DNA from: a virus | Taxonomy: Duplodnaviria; Caudoviricetes | Strand: one strand, 5' to 3' | IMG/VR virus record: IMGVR_UViG_3300020180_000077 | Coordinates: 1-33,419 of that record | DNA length: 33,419 bases | Shown here: one piece after another, positions 16,811-25,659 of the stretch | How the letters are laid out: every line of letters starts with the position of its first letter | Numbering within the stretch: the first letter of the stretch is position 1 | Notes under the pieces: model-generated | What the model was told of the DNA's origin: nothing | Databases searched by the model: none | The model's input: the letters and a program-made list of their open reading frames with translations, nothing else | Translations under genes and position numbers: made by a program

Positions 16811-17496
16811 TCTTTGACCCTTGCAAGCAAACGAAGAAGTTCAATTCTGTCTTTTTCATCATCTTCCGAAGCCGGAAGTTCAGCAAGGTTGACTATAGAC
16901 GCCTGCACTTGAGTAGCTTGGTTTCCCTGACCCATATTAGCAATATTCACGTTAACGACAGGAGTCGAATTGCCGATCTTGCTAGATTCGACTTCTTTAG
17001 TCTGAAGCGATTGCATCATCTGAAGCAGAACCATGAAATCTTTGTAATTTTTAGGAATCATCGGACAATTCTTGGCGTTTTCAGGATTCTTTATGACTTC
17101 GGCTAATTGGATTTTGTACAACGATGCAGTGGCGACGATTGCGTCAGATATCAAATCAATCGCAGCAGAATCCGCTCTTTTAATCTTCTCTCCAGCACGA
17201 ACAGAACCAGCAAGTTTCTTTTTAGTCCACCAACCGAAATGTACGGCAGTGTACAAGACCATGCCAATTGGGATGTTAAGTTTATCGGCAATTTCTTCCC
17301 ATGTAGAGCCCATATAGTAAAAATAAAAGGCACTGTCCGCCATTTGTTGGGGCATACACGCACCAACTTTTAATGCAATTTCCTTGGCCCATTCCCAGTG
17401 CTCGTCTGTGAAATCATCAGGTTGCTCTATGAACCTAGCTAATCTGTCGGTTTCCGGCCTCAGAGAAGGAGCGGGCCTGAATGTTGGAGTAACCAT
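16807..17496 (-). CDS. putative terminase small subunit (N-terminal HTH)
   Basis: AFYFYYMGSTWEEIADKLNIPIGMV...GWWTKK is a TerS-type HTH followed by helical segments. GAGG RBS; first gene of the packaging operon. Confidence 0.6.
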   Translation of the reverse strand: MVTPTFRPAPSLRPETDRLARFIEQPDDFTDEHWEWAKEIALKVGACMPQQMADSAFYFYYMGSTWEEIADKLNIPIGMVLYTAVHFGWWTKKKLAGSVRAGEKIKRADSAAIDLISDAIVATASLYKIQLAEVIKNPENAKNCPMIPKNYKDFMVLLQMMQSLQTKEVESSKIGNSTPVVNVNIANMGQGNQATQVQASIVNLAELPASEDDEKDRIELLRLLARVKE

Positions 17497-17570
17497 TTTG
17501 TACCTCGAGATATATTATACTAATATTATTACTTATTTTATTAAATAAATACTTCGTCCACCATGAAACG

Positions 17571-17596
17571 AAAAAAGCCAGGCCGAAGCCTGGCTT
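17571..17596 (-). terminator. intrinsic terminator after the tail sheath gene
   Basis: Minus strand reads AAGCCAGGC-TTCG-GCCTGGCTT-TTTT, a C(UUCG)G tetraloop stem with U-tract. Confidence 0.9.
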
Positions 17597-17615
17597 AATT
17601 TGCGTGGGACGGTGA

Positions 17616-20462
17616 TTATGCAGAGTCGCCGACTGAACGCTGGGCCAGAACATCGAGAACAATGAATTCAAGTGCTTCAACAGGCTTGATGCTCAATGTC
17701 ACTTTAGCAGTATTCCCATCAATCCTGACTGCATCGATCGAGAACGAACGGAGTGCGCCACCCGATATGAACAGAGCCATGATGTCATTTATAGCCTTAC
17801 GAACAACGCTAGGAGAAACATCAGAGGTGCGCTCGCCGATGTAGCTTTCCAGAGTTGTACGACAAGTTTTCAGGACTTCGTCTGTAACGAACTGGACTGA
17901 AACGCGCTCGAAGTACCATCCCTTTGGATCGTTTTCGCGGGACCTTGTGGAAAGGTCAGGAGATTCGCAACGGACTCCGAAGCCAGTAACCGGACGAAGC
18001 ACAAGTAGCCCTGCTTCGATCGCGCGATCAAGATCCTTGGTGTCTGGATCGAAATCAGAGATTAGGCTGTCGCTAAAGACGCTGAGGTCGCCGATGTGCT
18101 TGACATCGGAAACTTGGAAACTCTTGCGGAGCATCGAGGTTCCGAGAGCGGCCTGGACCCGGCCTGCGGCCACTGCGCAGGAAAGCATCCATGGTTGGAA
18201 CCATTGGATCACTCCGCTAGAACCGACGGCGCGAGCCATCTGGAAGACCATTTGAAGACGCTCAGCGGCGAGTTCGGCAGCTTTGAGTTGCGCGTCTGCG
18301 AACGTACCATGGAAGCTAACTTCTCCGAAACGTTCTTTCCTGTAATCGGCGTTGGACGCAGTCGCAACGTGAGACTTGACCAGAGCATTGATCGCGTCGA
18401 TCGAATACACTGAAGTAGGCTCAGTGAGACCATCGTCGATATCTTTAGCTGCATCGCGGCTGAACAGCGGAACGACCTGGGTCACTTCAATTTTCAGAGC
18501 TGCATCTAAAGCGGCTGCGATAGAAGCGTTAGTAGTTGCGCCTACGGAACCGCCAGACAAGAACTGGGCCGAAGCTTCTGCATCAGGGAGACCGACATAA
18601 GAAACCGAAGCTGTGTTCTGGACATAAGAGATTAGTCCGAAGTTGTCGTCAACCAATCTCTTGAAATCTGCATAATCCGACTTAACACGTCCTGGAAGCG
18701 AATTCAGCGAATGGCCAGAAAGAATTCCAACAGCAGCAACATGATCCAACACCGCTTTAGGAGCGAGTGAATTGAATTGGACAGAAGGAATGCGAGCCTT
18801 GTAGCCAGTTTTCGAATTGATGAAAGCAACCAGGTCGCCCATCGTAGCGTATTTCGCAAGCTGGATGTCGATGTTAGCGCCTGAACCACCGGCTACAGTA
18901 GTCTGAAGACGTCCAGATTTGGTGATAGTCAGAGTAGCAGCCGAACCTACGTAACCAATTTCAAGAACTACGCGGCCGCCTACAGTTGCGGCAGGGAATG
19001 CGAGACCGTCAGATTGGCGTGAAGCGACTAGACGAACTTGGCGTTCTGAAGCAGATGCATGAACCTTTGCGCCCAGAGCCGTAGAACCCAAAGCGGGCTG
19101 TACAGAAAATGGGTTTTCTTGTCCAGCGAGAGCGACAGAGGCCACGGCGACGCCACCAGAAACTGCTTTAGTGGCTACTACAGAAGTAGAACCAGCAGCA
19201 GTTACGATCCATGCACCAACGTTTGCGTCAGCGGCTCCAGCAAGCAGAGAAGCGGGAGCAACCCAAACAACATCGCCGAGTTTTGGAAGATTTTGGAATG
19301 CGCCGAGTGTGATAGAAAACGTTCCGACCGATGCAGCAACTGCCAATGCTACGGATGCAGAAAGTGCTACTGCGGATGAAATAGGGGAGCTCTGGGCAGA
19401 AGCAAGATACAAGCGCTGTGCAAGATTCTTGTCGCCTGCTGTGAGATACAGTTCGAGTGAAGCTCCGACGCCTACAGCGGAAGTCTGCAGGACCGACAGA
19501 ACGATTGGAGTGTGTGCCATGATCTCAGCAGTGGCAACGGAGGTCTGAGCGCCTGCGAGTGGTACTGCGGCTACGGCTACAGGTAGCACAGGAGCGACTT
19601 CAACACCAGCCGCAGAAGAACTGATTTTGCTCATTGACATGGTCGTAGCAGTTTTTGCAGTCAACACGTAAGCGCCAACATTTTGAGACAAAGCGCCAGC
19701 GATAGCAGAAGCTGCCGGAATATACAGAACTTGTCCGGCGAGAGCAGCAGCATAACCTGCACCAGCGAAAGGGGCCGAACAGGTCACGACTATGCTAGAA
19801 CCAGAAACGGTTACAGACAGAGAATCAAGGCCGACTTGGCTGCCAGAAATAAGTTCTAGCTGTACGCCGCCAGTCGCATCTATAGTTGGAGACAAAAGAC
19901 CACTAACGACGTCCGAAGCCACTGATTGCGCAACAAGGTTACCGGTGGTAACAGTAGCGCCAGAAACTCTGGCAGCAAGGGTCATAGCTTCATTTTTTGG
20001 AACCCAGAAACCCGTCAACGAAGGCTTGATTTCGACAGTAGCATTTTGGACCTGAGCGCTGATAAGATTACCATCTTCGCCGTATTCGGCTGCCGACAGA
20101 GTCGCATAAGTTGACATATTTGCGGTGAGTGGCCTGCCTGCGAGAGCGCTGGCGTTTGTCTTATAGACATACAAGCGATTTACAGAACTAGTGAAAACTG
20201 GCGAAGCTTGATTTTGGAAAATCATGCGTCCAGCATCAACGATTGGCCCTGAACCATAAAACGCTTTCAGCGATTCATAATCAGAGAAAAACAACTTGGT
20301 CAGATCCAAAAGAGATCCTGGTACTCCTTTAGCAGCCTCGCCGAAAATAACAATGTTCCTAGGGCCTGGAGTAATATTCGCCAGGTTGTCTTCTACAGAA
20401 AGAGTACTGTAAGTTCCAGGAACTACTACTCTCACACCGGCAACAGTGGTTGCTAAAGTCAT
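17616..20462 (-). CDS. contractile tail sheath protein with large Ala/Val-rich insertion
   Basis: N-terminal VPGTYS...IVIFGEAAKGVP...YGSGPIVDA, central LSGGSVG, C-terminal AIEAGLLVL...ERVSVQFVTD...ESYIG...IKPVEALEFI. 948 aa with high-expression codon bias. Confidence 0.92.
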   Translation of the reverse strand: MTLATTVAGVRVVVPGTYSTLSVEDNLANITPGPRNIVIFGEAAKGVPGSLLDLTKLFFSDYESLKAFYGSGPIVDAGRMIFQNQASPVFTSSVNRLYVYKTNASALAGRPLTANMSTYATLSAAEYGEDGNLISAQVQNATVEIKPSLTGFWVPKNEAMTLAARVSGATVTTGNLVAQSVASDVVSGLLSPTIDATGGVQLELISGSQVGLDSLSVTVSGSSIVVTCSAPFAGAGYAAALAGQVLYIPAASAIAGALSQNVGAYVLTAKTATTMSMSKISSSAAGVEVAPVLPVAVAAVPLAGAQTSVATAEIMAHTPIVLSVLQTSAVGVGASLELYLTAGDKNLAQRLYLASAQSSPISSAVALSASVALAVAASVGTFSITLGAFQNLPKLGDVVWVAPASLLAGAADANVGAWIVTAAGSTSVVATKAVSGGVAVASVALAGQENPFSVQPALGSTALGAKVHASASERQVRLVASRQSDGLAFPAATVGGRVVLEIGYVGSAATLTITKSGRLQTTVAGGSGANIDIQLAKYATMGDLVAFINSKTGYKARIPSVQFNSLAPKAVLDHVAAVGILSGHSLNSLPGRVKSDYADFKRLVDDNFGLISYVQNTASVSYVGLPDAEASAQFLSGGSVGATTNASIAAALDAALKIEVTQVVPLFSRDAAKDIDDGLTEPTSVYSIDAINALVKSHVATASNADYRKERFGEVSFHGTFADAQLKAAELAAERLQMVFQMARAVGSSGVIQWFQPWMLSCAVAAGRVQAALGTSMLRKSFQVSDVKHIGDLSVFSDSLISDFDPDTKDLDRAIEAGLLVLRPVTGFGVRCESPDLSTRSRENDPKGWYFERVSVQFVTDEVLKTCRTTLESYIGERTSDVSPSVVRKAINDIMALFISGGALRSFSIDAVRIDGNTAKVTLSIKPVEALEFIVLDVLAQRSVGDSA

Positions 20463-20467
20463 ATAAT

Positions 20468-20519
20468 CGTCCTTCTATATAATGACGGAGGGGAATCACG
20501 TATTTTATTATATAGGACG
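20468..20519 (-). promoter_or_regulatory. TATATAAT promoter-like box inside the 5' arm of a hairpin masking the sheath RBS
   Basis: mRNA sense CGTCCTATATAAT-(23 nt)-ATTATATA-GAA-GGACG-attatATG forms 13 bp with a 3-nt bulge and covers AGAAGGA. Confidence 0.65.
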
Positions 20520-20531
20520 GATGTCGAGATG

Positions 20532-20786
20532 TTAGATTTTATAACCGTATTTGCGCAATACTTCTAACATTTCTTTCAGTGTACCAGATTCTGGAAGCCC
20601 GCTGCTCCGGCAAAACGCTTTTATAGATTGCAGATGTTGGCTTTTGTACAATGGCTCCATTTTCTGGGACAGCGCCACTTGTTCGAGAGAAATCGCTACT
20701 GCAATCGGCGCAGTGACTGGCGCGGCTTCGACCACAGCTTCTTCTGCTTGCTCTTCAATTTCTAACGGTTTGCGATTTTTTGCCAT
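20532..20786 (-). CDS. small hypothetical protein upstream of sheath
   Basis: 84 aa; GAGGA RBS; in operon. Confidence 0.7.
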   Translation of the reverse strand: MAKNRKPLEIEEQAEEAVVEAAPVTAPIAVAISLEQVALSQKMEPLYKSQHLQSIKAFCRSSGLPESGTLKEMLEVLRKYGYKI

Positions 20787-20795
20787 GTGATCCTC

Positions 20796-21356
20796 TTAAA
20801 TAAACAAAGGTTGAATAATACCAATTTCATGAACAATATTATACTCTAGTGCCTTTGTTGCATCAAAGTCCATATCTTTCGAACCGTTCTTCTTGAAATC
20901 ATTTATGAAATTTCTGAAAGAAACATCGCCCATCTGCTTTTTCATGAAATCCAAAGATTTCTTTTCTGACTTTTTGGTCCGACGCAGAATCGCGTCAAGA
21001 TCTTCGAGGCTCATGGTAGGCGTTTCTAATTGGAACGAGTGATGCATGAATTCTGCGTCGGGCCAAGATACTCTTTCAGCACCCACACAAGCAAAAATAA
21101 GGCCATAACTAACGGCTGAAGTCATGACTTGGGTTTTAAAAGGTTTGGTCGAAGAAAGCAGAAGGGTCAAAATCGCCGCAGAATATCTAGAATCTTGTGA
21201 ACCGTCGCAGCAAACGTTCAAAAGAATCCATGGGACTTTGGGGTTGTTTTGCAAACTGAAAAATCTGGAATAGACAGCTTGGAGTCCTTCCAGAGAATCG
21301 ACATTGTCAGAAAGCCACAAGATATTGGTTTCTTTAGATTTTAGTCCTGTGGCCAT
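20796..21356 (-). CDS. ClpP-like serine protease subunit
   Basis: ILLNV...AI...KTQVMTSAVSYG (Ser), ERVSWPDAEFMHH (His) and KDMDFDATKALEYNIVHEI (Asp) align with ClpP AASMG, MIH and RD...A.EA..YG..D.I. Confidence 0.75.
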   Translation of the reverse strand: MATGLKSKETNILWLSDNVDSLEGLQAVYSRFFSLQNNPKVPWILLNVCCDGSQDSRYSAAILTLLLSSTKPFKTQVMTSAVSYGLIFACVGAERVSWPDAEFMHHSFQLETPTMSLEDLDAILRRTKKSEKKSLDFMKKQMGDVSFRNFINDFKKNGSKDMDFDATKALEYNIVHEIGIIQPLFI

Positions 21357-22246
21357 ATCTTAACTTCCTCTAAATCTGCTGTGGGAGGTTTCGCTACCAC
21401 CACAAGTTCCAATTTATCAGCATTTGTCGATTCTGACATTATCCACTGATCGTGCAGAAGACCAGAGATTGAAAATTCAACAGCCCAAACTTGGGATTCG
21501 TCGAAATCAGAAGATTTGCTCAAAGCAGAGTGGGTCATTGTGGTTTCGTAGAGTCCATTGGTCTCGAGGAAAAGATGCGCCTGCTTCAGCAAATAGCGGA
21601 TGATGGTCGAAATCATGTCTGCGATTTCCGGATCCCCATCAATCGTCAAATAGATCTTAACCGTCACAGCATCCATGCTCGAGCCGATGCTTCTAATCTT
21701 AGTGACCACCGGCGATTCTGCAGTCCAATGACGCAATTCTACAAGATCCAGAGTAGCTTTCTTCGACAGGATCAATCTGACGTCATTGCCTTCAGGCAGG
21801 ATGTCAACAATCTTACTAGAGAATTTGCCCTGGCGGACAATCAGACCGCGCCAGATTTTCGATTTGATGTCTTCTGCCGGAGACACGAGCAGGTCTCCCT
21901 CGATCAAGCCCTTGATAGAAAAAGCAGCATACTGACGCTTGGGGATTTTGACGTTCTCCGTTCCGCCAAACTGCCCGATAAACTTCTCTCGCTCAGAGCC
22001 GCCTTCGTACGTGACGCAGATAGAAGGGAGCTTGTCGATGTCTAGGCGAGACCCGAGCATGAAGAATATTTCTCGATTCTTGAATGCTTGGATGGCTTTG
22101 CAGATGTAGTCTGCACCGTAAATATCAGACAGAACACACGAATCGTAACCGCACAACAAGAATTCGAGCTCTTGCGGGTGGTTCCTAAGGTGTTCACATT
22201 GCTTCTTAAGATACTGAAGCACGAAAAGATGCGGTAAAAGTATCAT
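21341..22246 (-). CDS. putative tail completion/terminator or neck protein
   Basis: 301 aa, upstream of the sheath. KLPSICVTYEGGSE.EKFIG and a C-terminal 'IIRYLL...FLE..GL' pattern fit myovirus tail-completion proteins. Confidence 0.55.
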   Translation of the reverse strand: MILLPHLFVLQYLKKQCEHLRNHPQELEFLLCGYDSCVLSDIYGADYICKAIQAFKNREIFFMLGSRLDIDKLPSICVTYEGGSEREKFIGQFGGTENVKIPKRQYAAFSIKGLIEGDLLVSPAEDIKSKIWRGLIVRQGKFSSKIVDILPEGNDVRLILSKKATLDLVELRHWTAESPVVTKIRSIGSSMDAVTVKIYLTIDGDPEIADMISTIIRYLLKQAHLFLETNGLYETTMTHSALSKSSDFDESQVWAVEFSISGLLHDQWIMSESTNADKLELVVVAKPPTADLEEVKIWPQD

Positions 22247-22984
22247 TTAGGCTCCAAAGAACTGTGCCATCAAATTATCTAACACTTCGTTGAAGATAAC
22301 ATCCTCATTGGAAGATAACCATTTGTCTATTTTACCCTTGATGTTCTTTCCAGATACACCTGGGTGCTGCCATTCAGAAGTCCCCGGCCGTTGGGACATA
22401 GTCCTGAAAATGACTACTTGACTTTTCTTGGGTTTCTCGTCTGCGTTGAAAGAATCCTTGGATTCGAAAACACGAGTCCTGGATAAACCCCTGGTTCTAT
22501 CAACAACCACGTATTCTTTAGTTTTCTTATTTGTAAATGCCATCTTGAGAGCCATGTTCGCCCCAGCCAAAATGTCTTTGATCTGACTTTGGATTTCTTC
22601 TTCTTTCTGAGAAATCTTCTTGCCTTCTACGGGTGCGTCTTTGTTCAGAGCCACAGATCGATACAGATAGCCTGCTTTAGACATCTTTACTCCTGGCTTT
22701 CCAGCTTGAAGCATTTTGTCTTTGATCGAATACGACGAAATCCCGCGTTCTAAAGTTTTGATTTTATCCGAAGCAGCCACGAATCGGACCATACGTTTTT
22801 CGGTAGTAAGATTTTCTACTCTGAAGCTTTGGATGTATTGGACAGCTAGATCTGTATCTCCAACTTCTGAAACTACGATAGCAGTGAGAGCTATTTGAGT
22901 TTCCTTAGTCGTTACTTCGTCTGCTACTTCCATCATGTACGGGAACAGAGCTTGGAACTGCTGGTAGATGTCGTCTTGGTTCAT
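22247..22984 (-). CDS. putative neck / tail completion protein
   Basis: LERG..SYSIK..ML and IFRTMS......WQHPG motifs, as in Herelleviridae-like neck proteins; position in operon. Confidence 0.65.
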   Translation of the reverse strand: MNQDDIYQQFQALFPYMMEVADEVTTKETQIALTAIVVSEVGDTDLAVQYIQSFRVENLTTEKRMVRFVAASDKIKTLERGISSYSIKDKMLQAGKPGVKMSKAGYLYRSVALNKDAPVEGKKISQKEEEIQSQIKDILAGANMALKMAFTNKKTKEYVVVDRTRGLSRTRVFESKDSFNADEKPKKSQVVIFRTMSQRPGTSEWQHPGVSGKNIKGKIDKWLSSNEDVIFNEVLDNLMAQFFGA

Positions 22985-22999
22985 TAGAGTTTCTCTTTC

Positions 23000-23122
23000 C
23001 TATTCTTCTTTACCTTCTTCTTCACTTACTAAAGCCAAGTGTTCAGGAATACAGCACAATAAACACCCAAAAACAGAAAGTCCAATGATTACTCTGAAAA
23101 TGTCAAGAACCAGACAATCCAA
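23000..23122 (-). CDS. possible small membrane peptide (40 aa)
   Basis: TTG-start ORF MDCLVLDIFRVIIGLSVFGCLLCCIPEHLALVSEEEGKEE fills the only gap in the operon. No clear RBS. Confidence 0.3.
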   Translation of the reverse strand: MDCLVLDIFRVIIGLSVFGCLLCCIPEHLALVSEEEGKEE

Positions 23123-23636
23123 AGTGCTTACCAATAAGTTCAATAAGCTTCAAATCAGTCGAAGAGAGCCCCTCAGACGCGTTTTTGATTTGGTCGTAGA
23201 CGCTGCCACCTTGGCCAAGCAAACTGCCTCTCACGAGCTCGATAACGGCTTCGATGGCCGTAGTGCTCGGAGTACCAAGGTCGTTGGGCTGTTCTTCAGC
23301 ACTTTTGAACACTGGAGTCGCCAAAGCGCCCTTAAGAGTTTCTACTTCCATCTTCAAACTCTGGATCTTGCGATACAAAATTTCAAGTTCTTCAGGAATC
23401 ATCTTTTGCTGGCTGAGACATTCGAAATCTTCTCCAGACACCTGATTGTGCATAATCACGTTGCTAAGGTCTTCTGGACCGATATCTTTTCGTTGAAACA
23501 TCGCAATGTAGGACGGTTTGTCCACAATACATTTGTCGATCAGCGAATAGACGGATGGTTCTTCGTCGTAACCGCAAAAGACTGGTTTGCCAGCGATCTG
23601 CCAAATTTTCATGTTCAAGATTCTAGGCGTTTCCAT
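23103..23636 (-). CDS. hypothetical protein with central coiled coil
   Basis: 177 aa; ATG 1 nt after the upstream stop; GGAG RBS. Confidence 0.7.
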   Translation of the reverse strand: METPRILNMKIWQIAGKPVFCGYDEEPSVYSLIDKCIVDKPSYIAMFQRKDIGPEDLSNVIMHNQVSGEDFECLSQQKMIPEELEILYRKIQSLKMEVETLKGALATPVFKSAEEQPNDLGTPSTTAIEAVIELVRGSLLGQGGSVYDQIKNASEGLSSTDLKLIELIGKHFGLSGS

Positions 23637-23637
23637 T

Positions 23638-24510
23638 TTAGCTCCTTGTCATCAATGTACGATCAGGTTCTGTTTCTCGTGGCCACCCAGGAAGATCAGC
23701 CCGGAACGCGCTATCCAGCCAAATGGCCTTCAGAACAGCAGAACCGGAAATATAAGTGCCTTGGCTAGGTTTATTGGCATCTCCAGTTGGATTCGTGAAC
23801 ACTTCTCGCATCACTCGTGGAGTTTCTACGACGCTGAAATAGGGTCTGGTCCAATAATTGATGCTAAGAACGTCGCCCCTGCCTTTTGCAGCATCCCAAC
23901 AAGGACGGCGGTCGCCAATCCATTCGATCATGCCATCTTTTACAGAAAAATCAATGTTTTCTTCGTATCTATTTTTATTTCCATCAGATAAGTAGTCAAC
24001 TTCTAAGACGGGAAACTTAAGACGCTGCGGACCAGCAGGTTTGTATTCAAAAAGTTGCCCAACCATGACTGTGTGCCCGGAATCTACCATGACGACATCA
24101 TATTTGCGCAGAAAAACGCGTTCTGTTTGAGATCCTTCGTAATATGTCGTGTAATTCACGGACGAAATGTTCATAGAGCCGTGAATTCCTTGGATTATTG
24201 CCTGATCTTGCCACCCCAATTGCTGGATTGCCACGTAAAAACAACGTGGATCATAGACGTTCATCGCTCCTACGTCTGCCTGGTCAGTCAAATCGACTCC
24301 AGCTTCGATAGTGGTCCTATTGGGGTTCAAAGCGTGCCGCCAATGGACGGATTTGAAGCCTTTGGTCTTGATCAGCTCGTCGTGAACGTCAGAACTGAAA
24401 ATTCCAGCGGGTGCGAAGGCTCCGAAAGGATGGAACCCTGCTGATATTTGTCTTTGATCTGTAGGACTCTTGCCTTGAGTCAAATAAGTTGGTGGCAATC
24501 GGTTTCCCAT
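23638..24510 (-). CDS. putative head closure / head-tail connector protein
   Basis: AGGAGG RBS. HDELIKTKG....HWRHALNP, YEENIDFSVKDGMIEW and SINYWTRPYFSVVE..R.MR resemble Twort-like neck proteins. Confidence 0.6.
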   Translation of the reverse strand: MGNRLPPTYLTQGKSPTDQRQISAGFHPFGAFAPAGIFSSDVHDELIKTKGFKSVHWRHALNPNRTTIEAGVDLTDQADVGAMNVYDPRCFYVAIQQLGWQDQAIIQGIHGSMNISSVNYTTYYEGSQTERVFLRKYDVVMVDSGHTVMVGQLFEYKPAGPQRLKFPVLEVDYLSDGNKNRYEENIDFSVKDGMIEWIGDRRPCWDAAKGRGDVLSINYWTRPYFSVVETPRVMREVFTNPTGDANKPSQGTYISGSAVLKAIWLDSAFRADLPGWPRETEPDRTLMTRS

Positions 24511-24620
24511 CTGTAATCCTCCTACTTCATTATCGCTCCGAATCTTTAATTTGATTGTATGTAGTAAACAGTTGGCCGACTGGTATACTGAATAAAGAAT
24601 CTCGATTTGGGAGACATGAA

Positions 24621-25133
24621 ATGCACAGAGCTCAGTTTGATTTCTATATTGTCCGTTCCAACCCTACCTACCCAGAAACTCCTCGACTTTTTTTCGTAAA
24701 AACACTCAATTCCAAAATTTCATGGGCCATCGAAATAGACGAAGTCGAAGACTCGTTGCTGCCCACGGCGTTCGACCTGGACGAAGCGGAATTGTGGGGC
24801 GCATTGGAAGAAATCAATCCAGACGGCCTGGCTAAAGTCAAGTTGGAAGACAAGAGCCTAGAAGAAGCAGTGTTTTCCGAGAAAATGGCTTGGACCCTGG
24901 AAACGCTGATGTCGGAAAACCATGCAATCGCGAGGTTGCCTAGTCAGATGCACGCCATGAAAGCTATTTCGCGCGACAAGTACAGGAATGACCCAGCGGT
25001 GCTCCGAGAAGAACTGAGGCAGTTTCGACATGCAGCAGGAAATACGGCGGGTGCAGGCAAGCATTACGATTTGTACATTGATGAACCTAAAATCCAAAAT
25101 CTGAACAAGAAAAAAGCTCGGGGTGGACGGTGA
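24621..25133 (+). CDS. hypothetical protein
   Basis: GGGAG RBS before ATG 24621 (170 aa), with a TGGTATACT extended -10-like box upstream. Confidence 0.7.
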   Translation: MHRAQFDFYIVRSNPTYPETPRLFFVKTLNSKISWAIEIDEVEDSLLPTAFDLDEAELWGALEEINPDGLAKVKLEDKSLEEAVFSEKMAWTLETLMSENHAIARLPSQMHAMKAISRDKYRNDPAVLREELRQFRHAAGNTAGAGKHYDLYIDEPKIQNLNKKKARGGR

Positions 25134-25618
25134 AAGACGTCGCACTAGATATCGCCCTAGAGTTGATCAACAACACGACAAATACCGAAGAAGCTATGGA
25201 TATCTACGATTTGGTTGAATCCGGAGTCAGCGGCACTCTACTGCGGGAAGTGCTCCAGTACCTGACAAAATTCGGATATGTCGTAGACACGCATTTTTCG
25301 GAAAGCTTTAAGAAAGTTGCCGAAAACAATATTCGAGAATGCAAAAACATCTTATCGAGGTCAGAAATTCCTTCCGTCAGAGCCGAACTTGACCTGTTGC
25401 AGGCAAAGCCGAATATCCTTCTTGGCGTGATGTTCGGAACTGTCGACAATATCCGGACCGAAGCAGATTCTGGCATTCCGCTGCTGATCAACAAATACGG
25501 CCGAACGTCTACTTCATTGATGAAACTCTCCGGATCAGCTTCGCAACAAGTAATCTTGGTGGATGGCGAAATTGTTTCGTTCGATGCCAGCATGCTTGAC
25601 CATAAAAACATGAATTGA
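25130..25618 (+). CDS. hypothetical protein
   Basis: 162 aa; GTG start overlapping the previous stop (GTGA). Confidence 0.7.
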   Translation: MKDVALDIALELINNTTNTEEAMDIYDLVESGVSGTLLREVLQYLTKFGYVVDTHFSESFKKVAENNIRECKNILSRSEIPSVRAELDLLQAKPNILLGVMFGTVDNIRTEADSGIPLLINKYGRTSTSLMKLSGSASQQVILVDGEIVSFDASMLDHKNMN

Positions 25619-25659
25619 CTGTATAATTTCAATTTGGACTCGTTTGCTTTGGAGACAAA

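Noticed and set aside
10892-20462. Introns or inteins in portal, terminase or sheath
   Set aside because: The reading frames are continuous, and no intein splice-junction motifs or embedded endonuclease domain were recognised.
22968-23768. 266-aa plus-strand ORF
   Set aside because: Antisense to a tightly coupled minus-strand operon; low-complexity S/K/R composition; no RBS.
24569-24582. Near-palindrome CAGTTGGCCGACTG in a divergent intergenic gap
   Set aside because: Single imperfect copy with no second instance found; too little to call an operator.
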